From Terriglobia bacterium (GTDB lineage: Bacteria; Acidobacteriota; Terriglobia; Acidiferrales; UBA7541), in the NCBI GenBank assembly GCA_963695545.1, contig OY968796.1:384001-448000 (forward strand): DNA of 64,000 bases, given 5' to 3'. A program made the position numbers and the translations under genes. Numbering within the stretch: position 1 is the first letter of the stretch; each line of letters starts with the position of its first letter. This document shows, in pieces, positions 37,825-48,305 of the stretch. A model generated the notes under the pieces. The model was not told where the DNA came from. It saw only the letters and a list, made by a program, of their open reading frames with translations, and did not search any database.

Positions 37825-39498
37825 ATGGCCGAGAAACTTCGCAGCCGAACACTGATCGAAGGTTACAGCCGAGCCGGGGCGCGCTCAATGTTGCGCGCGG
37901 CCGGATTTTCCGACGAGGATTTCAAGAAGCCGCTGATCGCCGTGGCCAACACCTGGATCGAGATCGGCCCTTGCAACATCAATTTGCGCGAAGTCGGCGA
38001 AGCGGTGAAGCAAGGGATTCGCGAAGCGGGCGGCACGCCGATGGAATTCAACACGGTTTCGATCTCCGACGGCATCACCATGGGCACCGACGGCATGCGC
38101 GCTTCGCTCGTGAGCCGCGAGGTGATTGCGGATTCGATCGAGCTCGTCACGCGCGCCAACTTTTTCGACGGCATCGTGGCGATTTCCGCCTGCGACAAAA
38201 CGATCCCCGGCACGGTGATGGCGCTGGCCCGCCTGAACATTCCCGGACTGATGCTTTACGGCGGACCGATCCTGCCCGGACATTTCGAGGGCCACGACGT
38301 TTCCATTCAAGATGTTTACGAAGCCATCGGCGCGCACGCTACGGGACATATGTCGGACGAGCGCCTGGCGTGTCTTGAAGCCGTGGCGTGTCCGGGCGCG
38401 GGAGCGTGCGGCGGACAATTTACGGCCAACACCATGGCCACGGCTTGCGAATTCCTGGGAATTTCGTCGATGGCCAGCGCGGGCGTTCCTGCAACTTCAG
38501 GCGAAAAAAATCCCCTCGCGCGCCAGGCGGGCCGCTTGGTGATGGACCTGGTAAAGAAAAATGTTTTGCCGCGGCAAATCATCACCAAGGCTGCGCTGGA
38601 AAATGCCATCGCCAGCGTGATCGCCACGGGCGGTTCGACCAACTCCGTCCTGCACCTGCTGGCGATTGCGCACGAAGCCGATGTGCCGCTGACGCTGGAC
38701 GATTTCGATCGCATCAGCGCGCAGGTTCCGGTTCTGGCCGATCTCAAACCCGCGGGCCGCTTCATGGCCGTCGATTTCCATGAGGCCGGAGGAACACGGC
38801 TGATCGCCAAACTCCTGCTCGAAGCCAAACGCCTCGATGGTTCATGCATCACCGTGAGCGGCCGAACCATCGCGCAGGAAGCGGCGCTGGCGAGTGAGAC
38901 TGCGGGACAAGAAGTGATTCGTCCCTTGGCGAAACCTCTGAAACCCAGCGGAGGCCTGGTGATTTTGCGCGGAAACATTGCGCCCGAAGGATGCGTGTTG
39001 AAGACCGTCGGCGGCACCGGCGCCGCGGCCGTGCATCGCGGTCCGGCGCGCGTGTTCGACAACGAAGTGGACGCCTTCGCCGCGATCGAACAGAAAAAGA
39101 TCAAGGCCGGCGACATCATCGTGATTCGCTACGAAGGACCGCGCGGCGGTCCAGGCATGCCGGAAATGCTCCAAGTAACCGCGGCCGTCCTCGGCGCGGG
39201 CTTGGGCAAGGACGTTGCGCTGATCACCGACGGCCGTTTCTCCGGCGCCACGCACGGCATCATGGTCGGACACATTGCTCCCGAAGCTGCGGCGGGCGGT
39301 CCGATCGCTGCGGTGCGCGAAGGAGAGATCATCACCATCGACGCGAAAAATCGCGGGCTGAACGTCGAAGTGGATGCGGCGGAGTTGGCGGCGCGGATGC
39401 GCGCATGGAAAGCGCCGGAGCCGCGTTACGCGCGCGGCGTGCTGGCGAAATATGCGCGCGGCGTGTCGTCAGCCGCGATCGGCGCGGTGACCAATTAG
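37825..39498 (+). CDS. ilvD: Dihydroxy-acid dehydratase
   Basis: [59 protein letters not shown]. Confidence 0.97.
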   Translation: MAEKLRSRTLIEGYSRAGARSMLRAAGFSDEDFKKPLIAVANTWIEIGPCNINLREVGEAVKQGIREAGGTPMEFNTVSISDGITMGTDGMRASLVSREVIADSIELVTRANFFDGIVAISACDKTIPGTVMALARLNIPGLMLYGGPILPGHFEGHDVSIQDVYEAIGAHATGHMSDERLACLEAVACPGAGACGGQFTANTMATACEFLGISSMASAGVPATSGEKNPLARQAGRLVMDLVKKNVLPRQIITKAALENAIASVIATGGSTNSVLHLLAIAHEADVPLTLDDFDRISAQVPVLADLKPAGRFMAVDFHEAGGTRLIAKLLLEAKRLDGSCITVSGRTIAQEAALASETAGQEVIRPLAKPLKPSGGLVILRGNIAPEGCVLKTVGGTGAAAVHRGPARVFDNEVDAFAAIEQKKIKAGDIIVIRYEGPRGGPGMPEMLQVTAAVLGAGLGKDVALITDGRFSGATHGIMVGHIAPEAAAGGPIAAVREGEIITIDAKNRGLNVEVDAAELAARMRAWKAPEPRYARGVLAKYARGVSSAAIGAVTN

Positions 39499-39528
39499 AT
39501 TTAGATTCGGGCGGAGCGAGGACGCGAC

Positions 39529-41247
39529 ATGGACGCGATGAAACGCAATGGAGCGGAAATCATCTGGGAGTGCTTGCTGCGCGAAGGCGTGCGCACGGTG
39601 TTCGGCTATCCCGGCGGCGCGATTCTGCCGGCTTACGACGCGCTGACGAAATATCCCGACATGCATCACGTGCTCGTGCGCCACGAACAGGGTGCCGCGC
39701 ATATGGCCGACGGCTACGCGCGCGCCAGCGGGCGCGTGGGCGTGGCGATGGCGACTTCCGGACCCGGCGCGACGAACCTTGTGACCGGCATTGCTACCGC
39801 GATGCTCGATTCCTCGCCCGTGGTTTTCATCACCGGCCAGGTGAACAGCAAATTCATCGGCACCGACGCGTTTCAGGAAGTGGACATCACCGGAATCACG
39901 CTGCCGATCACCAAGCACAATTATCTCGTGACGCGCGCTGAAGACGTGGCGCCGGCGATTCGTGAAGCGTTCCAGATCGCAGCATCGGGCCGGCCGGGCC
40001 CGGTTCTCGTCGATATCACGAAAGATGCGCAGACCACATTTTGCGATTTCGATTGGGACGCCGCGGCGCCGCATCGCTTGCACACGCAACAGGCGCAGGT
40101 GCACGCAGCGAACCTTGCGGAGGCTGCGCGGCTGATCAATCGCGCCGAACGGCCGGTGATTCTGGCCGGACACGGCATTCTGCTTTCGGAAGCGGCCGAA
40201 GAAGTGATGACGCTCGCCGAGCGCGCCGACATTCCCGTCGCGGTGACGCTGCTGGGCATCGGCGGTTTTCCCGCTTCGCATCCTCTCTGCCTCGGCATGA
40301 TGGGAATGCACGGCGAGGCCTGGGTGAACGTGGCGATTCAGGAAGCGGACTTGCTGATCGCGCTCGGCATGCGCTTCGACGATCGCGTTACGGGTAATCT
40401 GAAATCCTACGCGCCGCTGGCGAAGAAAATTCACGTAGACATCGATCCGGCCGAGATCAATAAGAACGTGCCGGTCGATGTCGCGCTCGTGGGCGACCTC
40501 AAACCGGTGCTCAAGCAATTGCTGCCGCTGGTGCAGCCGGCGCGCCACGCGAAATGGCATGAACGTGTGCGCTCGACGAAGGGCGAATCCGCCGTGCGCG
40601 ACATTCAGAATCTTCCCGACGACGGCCATCTTTACGCCGCGCACGTGATCCACGATCTATGGCGCGCGACGGGCGGCGACGCGATCATCGTCACCGACGT
40701 CGGCCAGCACCAGATGTGGGAAGCACAGTATTACCGGCACGAGCGGCCGCGCTCGCTGATCACCTCGGGCGGACTGGGCACAATGGGATTCGCGCTGCCT
40801 GCGGCCATCGGCGCGAAAGTGGCTTGCCCAGACGCCGAAGTCTGGGCCGTGGTGGGCGACGGCGGCTTCCAGATGACTTCAGCGGAAATGGCCACCATCG
40901 TTCAGGAACAACTCGGCGTGAAGATCGCGATCATCAACAACGGTTATCTCGGAATGGTGCGCCAGTGGCAGGAATTTTTTCACGAAGGGCGCTATTCGGC
41001 CACGCCGCTGCTCAATCCCGATTTCGTGAAGCTGGCCGAAGCGTTCGGCATTCGCGGGCTGCGCGTCTCGCAGCGCGCGGAGCTTGAGCAAACCGTGCGC
41101 GAAGCGCGCGCCACAGACGGGCCGGTGCTGGTGGATTTCCAGGTGGAGCAGGAGGATTCGGTGTATCCGATGATTCCGGCCGGCAAGGCGCTGCACGAAA
41201 TGATTCGGCGTCCTTCGGCCATCGCGGAGACGGCCGGAGATCCGTAA
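39529..41247 (+). CDS. ilvB: Acetolactate synthase large subunit
   Basis: FGYPGGAIL, RHEQGA, TSGPGATN, FQEVD, GMHG, RFDDRVTG, DVGQHQMW, TPP motif GDGGFQM...NNGYLGMVRQWQ. Confidence 0.97.
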   Translation: MDAMKRNGAEIIWECLLREGVRTVFGYPGGAILPAYDALTKYPDMHHVLVRHEQGAAHMADGYARASGRVGVAMATSGPGATNLVTGIATAMLDSSPVVFITGQVNSKFIGTDAFQEVDITGITLPITKHNYLVTRAEDVAPAIREAFQIAASGRPGPVLVDITKDAQTTFCDFDWDAAAPHRLHTQQAQVHAANLAEAARLINRAERPVILAGHGILLSEAAEEVMTLAERADIPVAVTLLGIGGFPASHPLCLGMMGMHGEAWVNVAIQEADLLIALGMRFDDRVTGNLKSYAPLAKKIHVDIDPAEINKNVPVDVALVGDLKPVLKQLLPLVQPARHAKWHERVRSTKGESAVRDIQNLPDDGHLYAAHVIHDLWRATGGDAIIVTDVGQHQMWEAQYYRHERPRSLITSGGLGTMGFALPAAIGAKVACPDAEVWAVVGDGGFQMTSAEMATIVQEQLGVKIAIINNGYLGMVRQWQEFFHEGRYSATPLLNPDFVKLAEAFGIRGLRVSQRAELEQTVREARATDGPVLVDFQVEQEDSVYPMIPAGKALHEMIRRPSAIAETAGDP

Positions 41248-41319
41248 AGTTCGCGCGCGACGCGCCGCCGGAAAAATTAAGAAAATCCCGGAGAGAAAAA
41301 GAAAGAGACCTTCGAGAAG

Positions 41320-41808
41320 ATGCGCACCTTTTTTGTGATGGACGTTGAAAATCGCCGCGGCGTGCTCGAGCGCATCGCTTCCGTGCTGCGCCGGCGCATG
41401 CTGCAGATCGAAACCATCGTGGCCGCGCCCACGCCGGATCCCGCGCGCGCCGTGATCACATTCGTGGTGGACACGGACGATTACGGAATTCAGCGCATCA
41501 CCACCGGCCTTGCGAAAATCGTGGAAGTGATTTCGATACATCACCGGCAGGATGCGAGCGGCCCCGTAATCGAATCGGCCATCGTGCATTTTTCCGACGG
41601 CGCCGGCGAGCGGCGCGCTTCGAGCAATCCCGATTCCCTGCTGATTCACGCCAGCGGCAATCCGCAGGCCATCGATCGTTTCCTGAAGCTGCTCGAAAAA
41701 GCCGGTCGCGTCGACTCGGCGCGAACCGGAGAAGAAGCGTTCCCGCATGTGCCCGGCGAGCACGAGCACCGCGAGCCGGAAATCGAGCGGAATGCGCCGC
41801 GGCGCTGA
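41320..41808 (+). CDS. ilvN: Divergent acetolactate synthase regulatory (ACT) subunit
   Basis: Lies between ilvB and ilvC. ACT-like ENRRGVLERIASVL and C-terminal remnant AIDRFLKLL...ARTG. Confidence 0.7.
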   Translation: MRTFFVMDVENRRGVLERIASVLRRRMLQIETIVAAPTPDPARAVITFVVDTDDYGIQRITTGLAKIVEVISIHHRQDASGPVIESAIVHFSDGAGERRASSNPDSLLIHASGNPQAIDRFLKLLEKAGRVDSARTGEEAFPHVPGEHEHREPEIERNAPRR

Positions 41809-41863
41809 TAGAATCTGCGAGCAAAACGTCATCGTGCAAATTTGATTTTCTCGGGAGGATGGA

Positions 41864-42919
41864 ATGGCCATCATGTATTTCGATCAGGACGCCGATCTTT
41901 CGCTGATTCAAGCGAAGAAAGTGGCGATCCTGGGTTACGGCTCGCAGGGCCACGCGCACGCTTTGAATCTGCGCGATTCCGGCGTGGACGTGCGGGTCGG
42001 TCTGCCGGCGGGCAGCCGTTCGCGCGCGAAGGCCGAAGCGGCGGGCCTCAAAGTTCTCACCACGTCGGAAGCCGCGGCGTGGGGTGACCTGATTTCGCTG
42101 CTTCTTCCGGACACCACGCTGCCGGCCGTGTATCGCGCCGATGTCGCGCCGCATTTGAAGAAAGGCAAAACGCTGCTTTTCGCGCACGGATTCAATATTC
42201 GCTTCGGCACGCTGCCGATTCCCGCCGACGTCGACGTGATCATGATCGCGCCGAAAGCGCCCGGCCACCGCGTGCGCGAAGTGTTCGTCGAAGGCGGCGG
42301 CACACCGTCGCTGCTCGCGATTCATCAAGACGCCAGCGGCCAAGCCAAGAAACTCGCGCTCTCCTACGCTAAAGCGCTGGGCGCCACGCGCGCCGGCGTG
42401 ATCGAAACCACATTTGCCGAAGAGACCGAAACAGATTTGTTCGGTGAGCAGGCCGTGCTCTGCGGCGGCGTCAGCGAACTGGTGAAAGCTGGCTTCCAAA
42501 CTTTGGTGGACGCGGGCTATCAACCGGAGATCGCCTACTTCGAGGTTTTGCACGAACTCAAGCTGATCGTGGATCTTTTCTATCGCGGAGGGCTTTCCTA
42601 CATGCGCTATTCCGTCAGCGACACGGCCGAGTGGGGCGATTACGTTTCGGGACCGAAAGTCGTCACCGCGCAAACGCGCCAGGCCATGCGCGAAATTCTG
42701 AAGAACATCACGGACGGAACTTTCGCGCGCGAATGGATTGCGGAAAATGAAACCGGCCGCGCAAAATTCAACGCTGCGCGCGCCGCAGATCAGAAACTCC
42801 TGATCGAACAAGTCGGCGCGCGTCTGCGCGGCATGATGGCGTTCCTTCAGCCGGTCGTGGTCACTGCCGATGGCGTGCAGCCCGCGACGCCTGCGCGTTC
42901 GGCCGCAAGCCCGAAGTGA
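41864..42919 (+). CDS. ilvC: Ketol-acid reductoisomerase
   Basis: [56 protein letters not shown]. Confidence 0.98.
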   Translation: MAIMYFDQDADLSLIQAKKVAILGYGSQGHAHALNLRDSGVDVRVGLPAGSRSRAKAEAAGLKVLTTSEAAAWGDLISLLLPDTTLPAVYRADVAPHLKKGKTLLFAHGFNIRFGTLPIPADVDVIMIAPKAPGHRVREVFVEGGGTPSLLAIHQDASGQAKKLALSYAKALGATRAGVIETTFAEETETDLFGEQAVLCGGVSELVKAGFQTLVDAGYQPEIAYFEVLHELKLIVDLFYRGGLSYMRYSVSDTAEWGDYVSGPKVVTAQTRQAMREILKNITDGTFAREWIAENETGRAKFNAARAADQKLLIEQVGARLRGMMAFLQPVVVTADGVQPATPARSAASPK

Positions 42920-43287
42920 CCGCGCGCGTCACGCGCATCGATCACATTCAAATCGCCGCGCCGGAAGGATGCGCAGCCGCCGCGCGCGATTTCTACGGCT
43001 CGCTCCTCGGCATGAAAGAAATCGAAAAGCCGCCGCTCTTGCGCGCGCGCGGCGGCTGCTGGTTCGAGTGCGGCGATCGCCAGATCCACATCGGCGTCGA
43101 GAAGGATTTCGCGCCCGCCAAGAAAGCGCATCCGGCGTTCGCCGTCGCCGATCTCGATGAATTGCGAAAAGCGCTCGCCGCCCGCGGCATCGCCGTCATC
43201 GACGATGACACAATCCCCGGCACGCGCCGCTTCTACGCCGAAGATCCTTGGGGCAATCGCCTCGAATTCGTCGAAGGCCGGCGCTAG
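42916..43287 (+). CDS. VOC/glyoxalase family protein
   Basis: [37 protein letters not shown] overlap with the ilvC stop. Confidence 0.88.
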   Translation: MTARVTRIDHIQIAAPEGCAAAARDFYGSLLGMKEIEKPPLLRARGGCWFECGDRQIHIGVEKDFAPAKKAHPAFAVADLDELRKALAARGIAVIDDDTIPGTRRFYAEDPWGNRLEFVEGRR

Positions 43288-43361
43288 TGCGAGGAATTCC
43301 GCACTAAGTCGGCTGCGGTCAAACGATCTGTGTATAATACGCGGTCTCAGGAGGTCACTTC

Positions 43362-44018
43362 ATGTTGCGCATAAACGACGAAGCTCCCAACTTCACCGCC
43401 GAAACTTCGCAGGGCACCATCAACTTCCACGAATGGATCGGCGATGGCTGGGCGATTTTGTTCTCGCATCCCAAGGACTTTACGCCGGTGTGCACCACGG
43501 AACTCGGATACATGGCCGGGTTGCAGCCGGAATTCGCGAAGCGAAATACCAAGATCATCGGACTCAGCGTGGACCCCGTGACCAGTCACAGCAAGTGGGC
43601 CTTGGACATCGAGGATACTCAAGGCCACAAAGTGAATTTTCCGATGATCGGCGACCCGGAACTCAAGATCGCCAAACTTTATGACATGTTGCCTGCCGAC
43701 TCCGGAAATACTTCCGAAGGCCGCACCGCCGCCATCAACGCCACCGTGCGCACGGTGTTCGTCGTCGGTCCCGACAAGAAAATCAAGTTGATGCTCAGCT
43801 ATCCGATGAGCACCGGCCGGAACTTCGACGAAGTCCTGCGCGTGGTCGATTCGATGCAACTCACCGCCAAACACAAAGTGGCCACCCCGGTGAACTGGAA
43901 GCAGGGCGAAGACGTGATCATTTTGCCGTCGGTGTCTGAGGAAGAAGCCAAGCAGAAGTATCCCGGCGGCTGGAAAGCCCCGCGGCCCTATCTGCGGATC
44001 GTTCCTCAACCCAAGTAG
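43362..44018 (+). CDS. 1-Cys peroxiredoxin (Prx6 type)
   Basis: FSHPKDFTPVCTTELG, YPMSTGRNFDE, ATPVNWKQG. Confidence 0.94.
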   Translation: MLRINDEAPNFTAETSQGTINFHEWIGDGWAILFSHPKDFTPVCTTELGYMAGLQPEFAKRNTKIIGLSVDPVTSHSKWALDIEDTQGHKVNFPMIGDPELKIAKLYDMLPADSGNTSEGRTAAINATVRTVFVVGPDKKIKLMLSYPMSTGRNFDEVLRVVDSMQLTAKHKVATPVNWKQGEDVIILPSVSEEEAKQKYPGGWKAPRPYLRIVPQPK

Positions 44019-44044
44019 CGATTTGCAAGCGAGGTTCGCGCGCG

Positions 44045-45454
44045 GTGATCTTCAAACAGTTCTATCTGCCGTGCCTGGCGCACGCTTCCTATGTGGTTGG
44101 AGACGAAGCGACAGGCACGGCAGCCATCGTTGACCCGCAACGCGACACCGATCAGTACATCGCCTTCGCATCCGAGCACGCGCTCCGAATCAAACACGTA
44201 TTCCTGACGCATCTCCACGCCGATTTCGTCGCCGGACATTTGGAGCTGCGCGATCGCGCAGGCGCAAAAATCTATCTGGGCGCGGCCGCCAAAGCGGCAT
44301 ACGCGTTCACGCCTCTTCGCGATGGCGAGCTTGTCGAATTCGGACGCGTCCGCCTGAAGATTCTGGAAACGCCGGGCCACACTCCGGAATCGATTTCCAT
44401 CCTGGTCTACGATCTGAACGCCAGCGATGCGCAGCCGCAGTCCGTGCTCACCGGCGACACTTTGTTCATCGGCGATGTAGGGCGCCCCGATCTGCGCGCG
44501 GCCCTCGGCTGGTCGGCAAACGATCTTGGCGGTCTACTGTTCGATTCGCTGCGCAACAAATTGTTGCCGTTACCCGATCCGTGCCTGGTTTATCCGGCCC
44601 ACGGCGCGGGTTCGCTCTGCGGCAAGGCGCTCAGCAAGGAAACCGTATCGACACTCGGAGAGCAGCGCCGCACAAACTACGCGCTGCAGCCCATGAGCAA
44701 GGAAGCCTTCATTCACGTGGTCACAGCCGATCAACCGGACGCCCCGGCCTACTTCACCTATGACGCCGTGCTGAATAGCCAGGAGCGCCCTACTCTCGAC
44801 CAAGCCCTGGCGCGCGGGATGAACTCGCTGACGCTCGATCGTGTGCTTGAATTGCAGTCGGCCGGCGCTCAGATTCTCGACACCCGCGATGCCGCCGAAT
44901 TTGCCGCGGCGCATCTGGTGGGCAGCATCAACATCGGCCTCGTCGGCCAATACGCCACCTGGGCCGGAACCGTGCTCGATCGCACGCATCCGATCGTGAT
45001 CATCGCGGACCCCGGCATGGAAAATGAATCCGCGATTCGACTGGGACGCATCGGCTTCGATCACGTCGCCGGATATTTGCGCAACGGCTTGCACAGCCTC
45101 GAATCGCGCCCAGAACTCGTCGCGTTCACCGAACGCCTCAGCGCGCCGTTCGCCGCGCAGCTATTGTCCGCGCCCCAGCCGCCGCTGGTGATTGATGTTC
45201 GCGCGCCGGGCGAGCGCGATCGCAAGCGCATCGCGGGAAGTCTGGGCATCCCGCTCAATCATCTGGCTGAAAATATGGCGAAGCTCCCGAGGGACCAAGC
45301 GCTGCTGGTCTATTGCGCCGGCGGCTACCGGTCGTCCATCGCGGCGAGCTTGCTGCAGCGCGGCGGATTTGGCTCCGTCGGTGAAATCGCCGGCGGCATC
45401 GTGGGGTGGGAAACCGCAAATCTGCCGGTTCAAACCGCTCAGGTCCCCTCATAG
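44045..45454 (+). CDS. MBL-fold (persulfide dioxygenase-like) protein fused to tandem rhodanese domains
   Basis: THLHADFVAGH, TPGHT, GDTLFIGDVGRPDL, PAHGAGSLCG. C-terminal rhodanese active-site loop YCAGGYRS. Confidence 0.9.
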   Translation: MIFKQFYLPCLAHASYVVGDEATGTAAIVDPQRDTDQYIAFASEHALRIKHVFLTHLHADFVAGHLELRDRAGAKIYLGAAAKAAYAFTPLRDGELVEFGRVRLKILETPGHTPESISILVYDLNASDAQPQSVLTGDTLFIGDVGRPDLRAALGWSANDLGGLLFDSLRNKLLPLPDPCLVYPAHGAGSLCGKALSKETVSTLGEQRRTNYALQPMSKEAFIHVVTADQPDAPAYFTYDAVLNSQERPTLDQALARGMNSLTLDRVLELQSAGAQILDTRDAAEFAAAHLVGSINIGLVGQYATWAGTVLDRTHPIVIIADPGMENESAIRLGRIGFDHVAGYLRNGLHSLESRPELVAFTERLSAPFAAQLLSAPQPPLVIDVRAPGERDRKRIAGSLGIPLNHLAENMAKLPRDQALLVYCAGGYRSSIAASLLQRGGFGSVGEIAGGIVGWETANLPVQTAQVPS

Positions 45455-45604
45455 AAATTTCGGAGCGTCATTCGGCGCCGCGGCGAGAGAGCGCAACCGC
45501 GGCATCGCTGTCGTCGACGACGGTGCGATCTCGGCACGCGCCGACTTGGCTGTCGGATTCTCGCGCTTGGCCAGATGAACGCCGCACCGTAAAATGAATG
45601 TGTC

Positions 45605-47161
45605 ATGAGAATCGGGATCGATTTTGGAACCACTCGCATAGTTGTCGCCGCAGCGGACCGAGGTAACTATCCCCTCGTGAATTTCGAGGCGCCTGACGGA
45701 CGCGTGCGGGATTGGTTTCCCTCGCTGCTCGCAGTGTCGGGCGACAAGCGCGCGTATGGATGGGAGGCGCTCGAGAAGCAGGGCAAAACCGGCTGGACCG
45801 TTGTGCGCTCTCTCAAGCGCCGACTGAAGAACGCTGGTCCCTGCAGCACGATCGACATTGCGGGCCAGCACCTCAGCGTGTCTCTGCTCATGACCGAAAT
45901 GATGACGGCCTTGCGACGCGAGCTCATGGAAAAATCCACGTTGGGCGCCCGCAAATACGATCGGCTCCAAATCATGCTCGGCGTTCCGGCCAACGCCAAC
46001 AGCAACCAGCGATTTCTGACGCAAGAAGCCGCGCGTGCAGCGGGCTTCGAAGTGCTTGGCCTGTTGAACGAGCCATCGGCCGCCGCGGTTGAGTTTGCCC
46101 ACCGCAACGGCAATGACCGCAAGAATCGCGCGAAAGGCGGATTGCTTGTTTATGACTTGGGCGGCGGAACCTTCGACGTCTCGCTTGTGTCGCTGGGAGA
46201 AACCGAGCGCTCGGTGATTGCGTCCGACGGCATCCCCGATTTGGGCGGCGACGATTTCGACGAGATTCTCGCCGTGCTGGCCCTGGCCGAGGCCGGCAAG
46301 CCCGAGCTCGCCGAAGATTCGCTTTCGGGAGCGGAGTGGTACCTGCTATTTGACGAATGCCGCGAAAAGAAAGAATCGCTCGGTTCCAACAGCCGCAAGA
46401 TCACTATCGATTTGGAGCGCGTTCGGAAAGAATGGAGGGAAGTCTCGATCAGCGTGGACGCATTCTATGAACGGTGCCGTCCTTTAGTGGAATCCTCGCG
46501 CCGGGTCGCGGAAGCCCTCCTCGCAGCCCATCCCGATCACGCCATTGATACTTTGTATTTGACGGGCGGCGGATCGGAACTGCCTCCGGTCGCGCGCGTC
46601 CTGCGCGAAACCTTCGGACGCAGAGTGCAGCGATCGGCATACATGCGTTCGGCCACGGCGATCGGTTTGGCCATCCGCGCCGAAGGACATGAAAGTGCGC
46701 CCCTGCGCGACCAGTTCACAAACAATTTCGGCGTTTGGCGCGAAGCGGATGATGGCCGCAACGTGGTCTTCGATGTCATTTTTCCGCGTGGCGCTAAACT
46801 TCCCTCGCGCGGCGAAGAACCGCTGCGAATGGTCCGTTCGTACCGCCCGGTGCACAACATCGGTTATTTTCGCTATCTCGAATGCGTCCATCTCGGCGCC
46901 AACAATCAACCCGAGGGCGAGATCAGCAATTGGGATGAGATTCGCGTGGCCTTCGATCCCAGTCTGCGCGATTCCGCCGACCTGACCGATCAACCCGTTC
47001 GCCGCTACGCTCCCCCGCAGGAATTATTGATCGAAGAGGAATACACCTGCGATGCAAACGGCGATGTAGGAGTCAGGATTCGCGATAAGGTCTCCCAACA
47101 AGCGAACGAGTACCGGCTCGGCCGCTGGTCGAAACACCGCAAGAGAATAAAACAAAGATAA
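45605..47161 (+). CDS. Atypical Hsp70-family protein
   Basis: GIDFGTT, LLNEPSAAA, VYDLGGGTFDVS, LGGDDFD, LTGGGS. The C-terminus is not a canonical DnaK substrate-binding domain. Confidence 0.85.
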   Translation: MRIGIDFGTTRIVVAAADRGNYPLVNFEAPDGRVRDWFPSLLAVSGDKRAYGWEALEKQGKTGWTVVRSLKRRLKNAGPCSTIDIAGQHLSVSLLMTEMMTALRRELMEKSTLGARKYDRLQIMLGVPANANSNQRFLTQEAARAAGFEVLGLLNEPSAAAVEFAHRNGNDRKNRAKGGLLVYDLGGGTFDVSLVSLGETERSVIASDGIPDLGGDDFDEILAVLALAEAGKPELAEDSLSGAEWYLLFDECREKKESLGSNSRKITIDLERVRKEWREVSISVDAFYERCRPLVESSRRVAEALLAAHPDHAIDTLYLTGGGSELPPVARVLRETFGRRVQRSAYMRSATAIGLAIRAEGHESAPLRDQFTNNFGVWREADDGRNVVFDVIFPRGAKLPSRGEEPLRMVRSYRPVHNIGYFRYLECVHLGANNQPEGEISNWDEIRVAFDPSLRDSADLTDQPVRRYAPPQELLIEEEYTCDANGDVGVRIRDKVSQQANEYRLGRWSKHRKRIKQR

Positions 47162-47240
47162 CACGCACCTCGCAGATTAACTTTCTGATGAGTCACGCCG
47201 GCTGGGTGCCGTCAGAAACTAGATTGGGACACCACCAGAA

Positions 47241-47256
47241 AAAAGAAGAGATTGAC
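47241..47256 (+). repeat. Direct repeat copy 1 (AAAAGAAGAGATTGAC)
   Basis: An identical 16-mer recurs at 48306-48321. Confidence 0.75.
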
Positions 47257-47405
47257 GCGTGCTTGGCACGCCGGTTCTACGCCTTAGACCGTTAGGGCGA
47301 CTCGAAATCGTTGAGAGCCAGCCTTAGCCTCGCCGCAGTCCGAAGGAAGGGATGATAGTCGGTCAGATTCCGACTGGCGCGTTAATCAGGCAGTTGAGCA
47401 AGCCG

Positions 47406-48023
47406 TTAGTCTGGTCCTACCTGACTAAGAACCTTGCCATTGGCGTCTAGGAAGGTAAGGCGGGGAGTACCGTCCGCGGGCACCTCCATTAAAATGCGTT
47501 TCCTTCCTTGGCCATCCATAAGAGCGAGCGTTGCCGTGCCATCTGCACCGCGTCCAACCCACACCCGGCGATGGTTCTCTGCGCCAATCGCGCTATCCGT
47601 AATCGCGAGGCCCGCGAAGCGATCCTCGTTGTCGTCAACGCCGGCCAGTTGCACAATTTGATTAGCGCCGTATCTGTCAAACGACAGACTTCCGCCCGAG
47701 TCGACGACTTCGCCTTTTGAATCCCGGCGCCCCCCAAAAATCAGGCCTCCGTCCTCGGAGCCTTCGTCGTTATAAAACAGCATGCCGGCCTGCGGACGTT
47801 GAGGCGCTTCCTCTTTGCCGTGCAAGATAACTCCGGGTAGCCGAGCGTGATCGGAGATTACCATTCGCAGAGTTCCGTCCGGCTCGACCACATTAATGCG
47901 GTGAACAGTGATCTCTGTGAAGTTAGCTGTTTTGGGAGATACCGCGCCCGCACAGAGTAGCACCACCAAAATGCTGCTCACGGCGACTGAATATATTAAA
48001 AGAATTCGCTGAGTGAGACCCAC
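47406..48023 (-). CDS. Hypothetical membrane-anchored or exported protein
   Basis: N-terminal hydrophobic helix. EITVHRINVVEPDGTLRMVIS, GMLFYNDEGSEDGGL, LTFLDANGKV. Confidence 0.75.
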   Translation of the reverse strand: MGLTQRILLIYSVAVSSILVVLLCAGAVSPKTANFTEITVHRINVVEPDGTLRMVISDHARLPGVILHGKEEAPQRPQAGMLFYNDEGSEDGGLIFGGRRDSKGEVVDSGGSLSFDRYGANQIVQLAGVDDNEDRFAGLAITDSAIGAENHRRVWVGRGADGTATLALMDGQGRKRILMEVPADGTPRLTFLDANGKVLSQVGPD

Positions 48024-48305
48024 GGTTGCCTCCAGGCTATGTTGATGTCTTGCCTGGGTATCGCTTAGGCCCGAAGCCTGGCGAAACCCAAGACGTGATC
48101 GCTGGATGCTAGGTCTCGCTTAGTACCGTGTCAACACGTGCTAGCCTATTTAGCCTCACGAGAAAATCGAGCGGGGACATACCAGAAACGCCAGGGTCCG
48201 AACTCCTCCGTTACCCGCTAGCAAAACGTGAAGTGCCAAAGCCGGCGCTGAGATCGTGGACAGCAATCGGCTAGCTCGATAATGGGAACCCGACCCACCG
48301 CGGGG

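Noticed and set aside
47280..47412. GTTAG-containing motifs as an integron attC site after the 47406 gene
   Set aside because: There is no matching RYYYAAC...GTTRRRY pair with an extended bottom-strand hairpin, and no integrase in the window.
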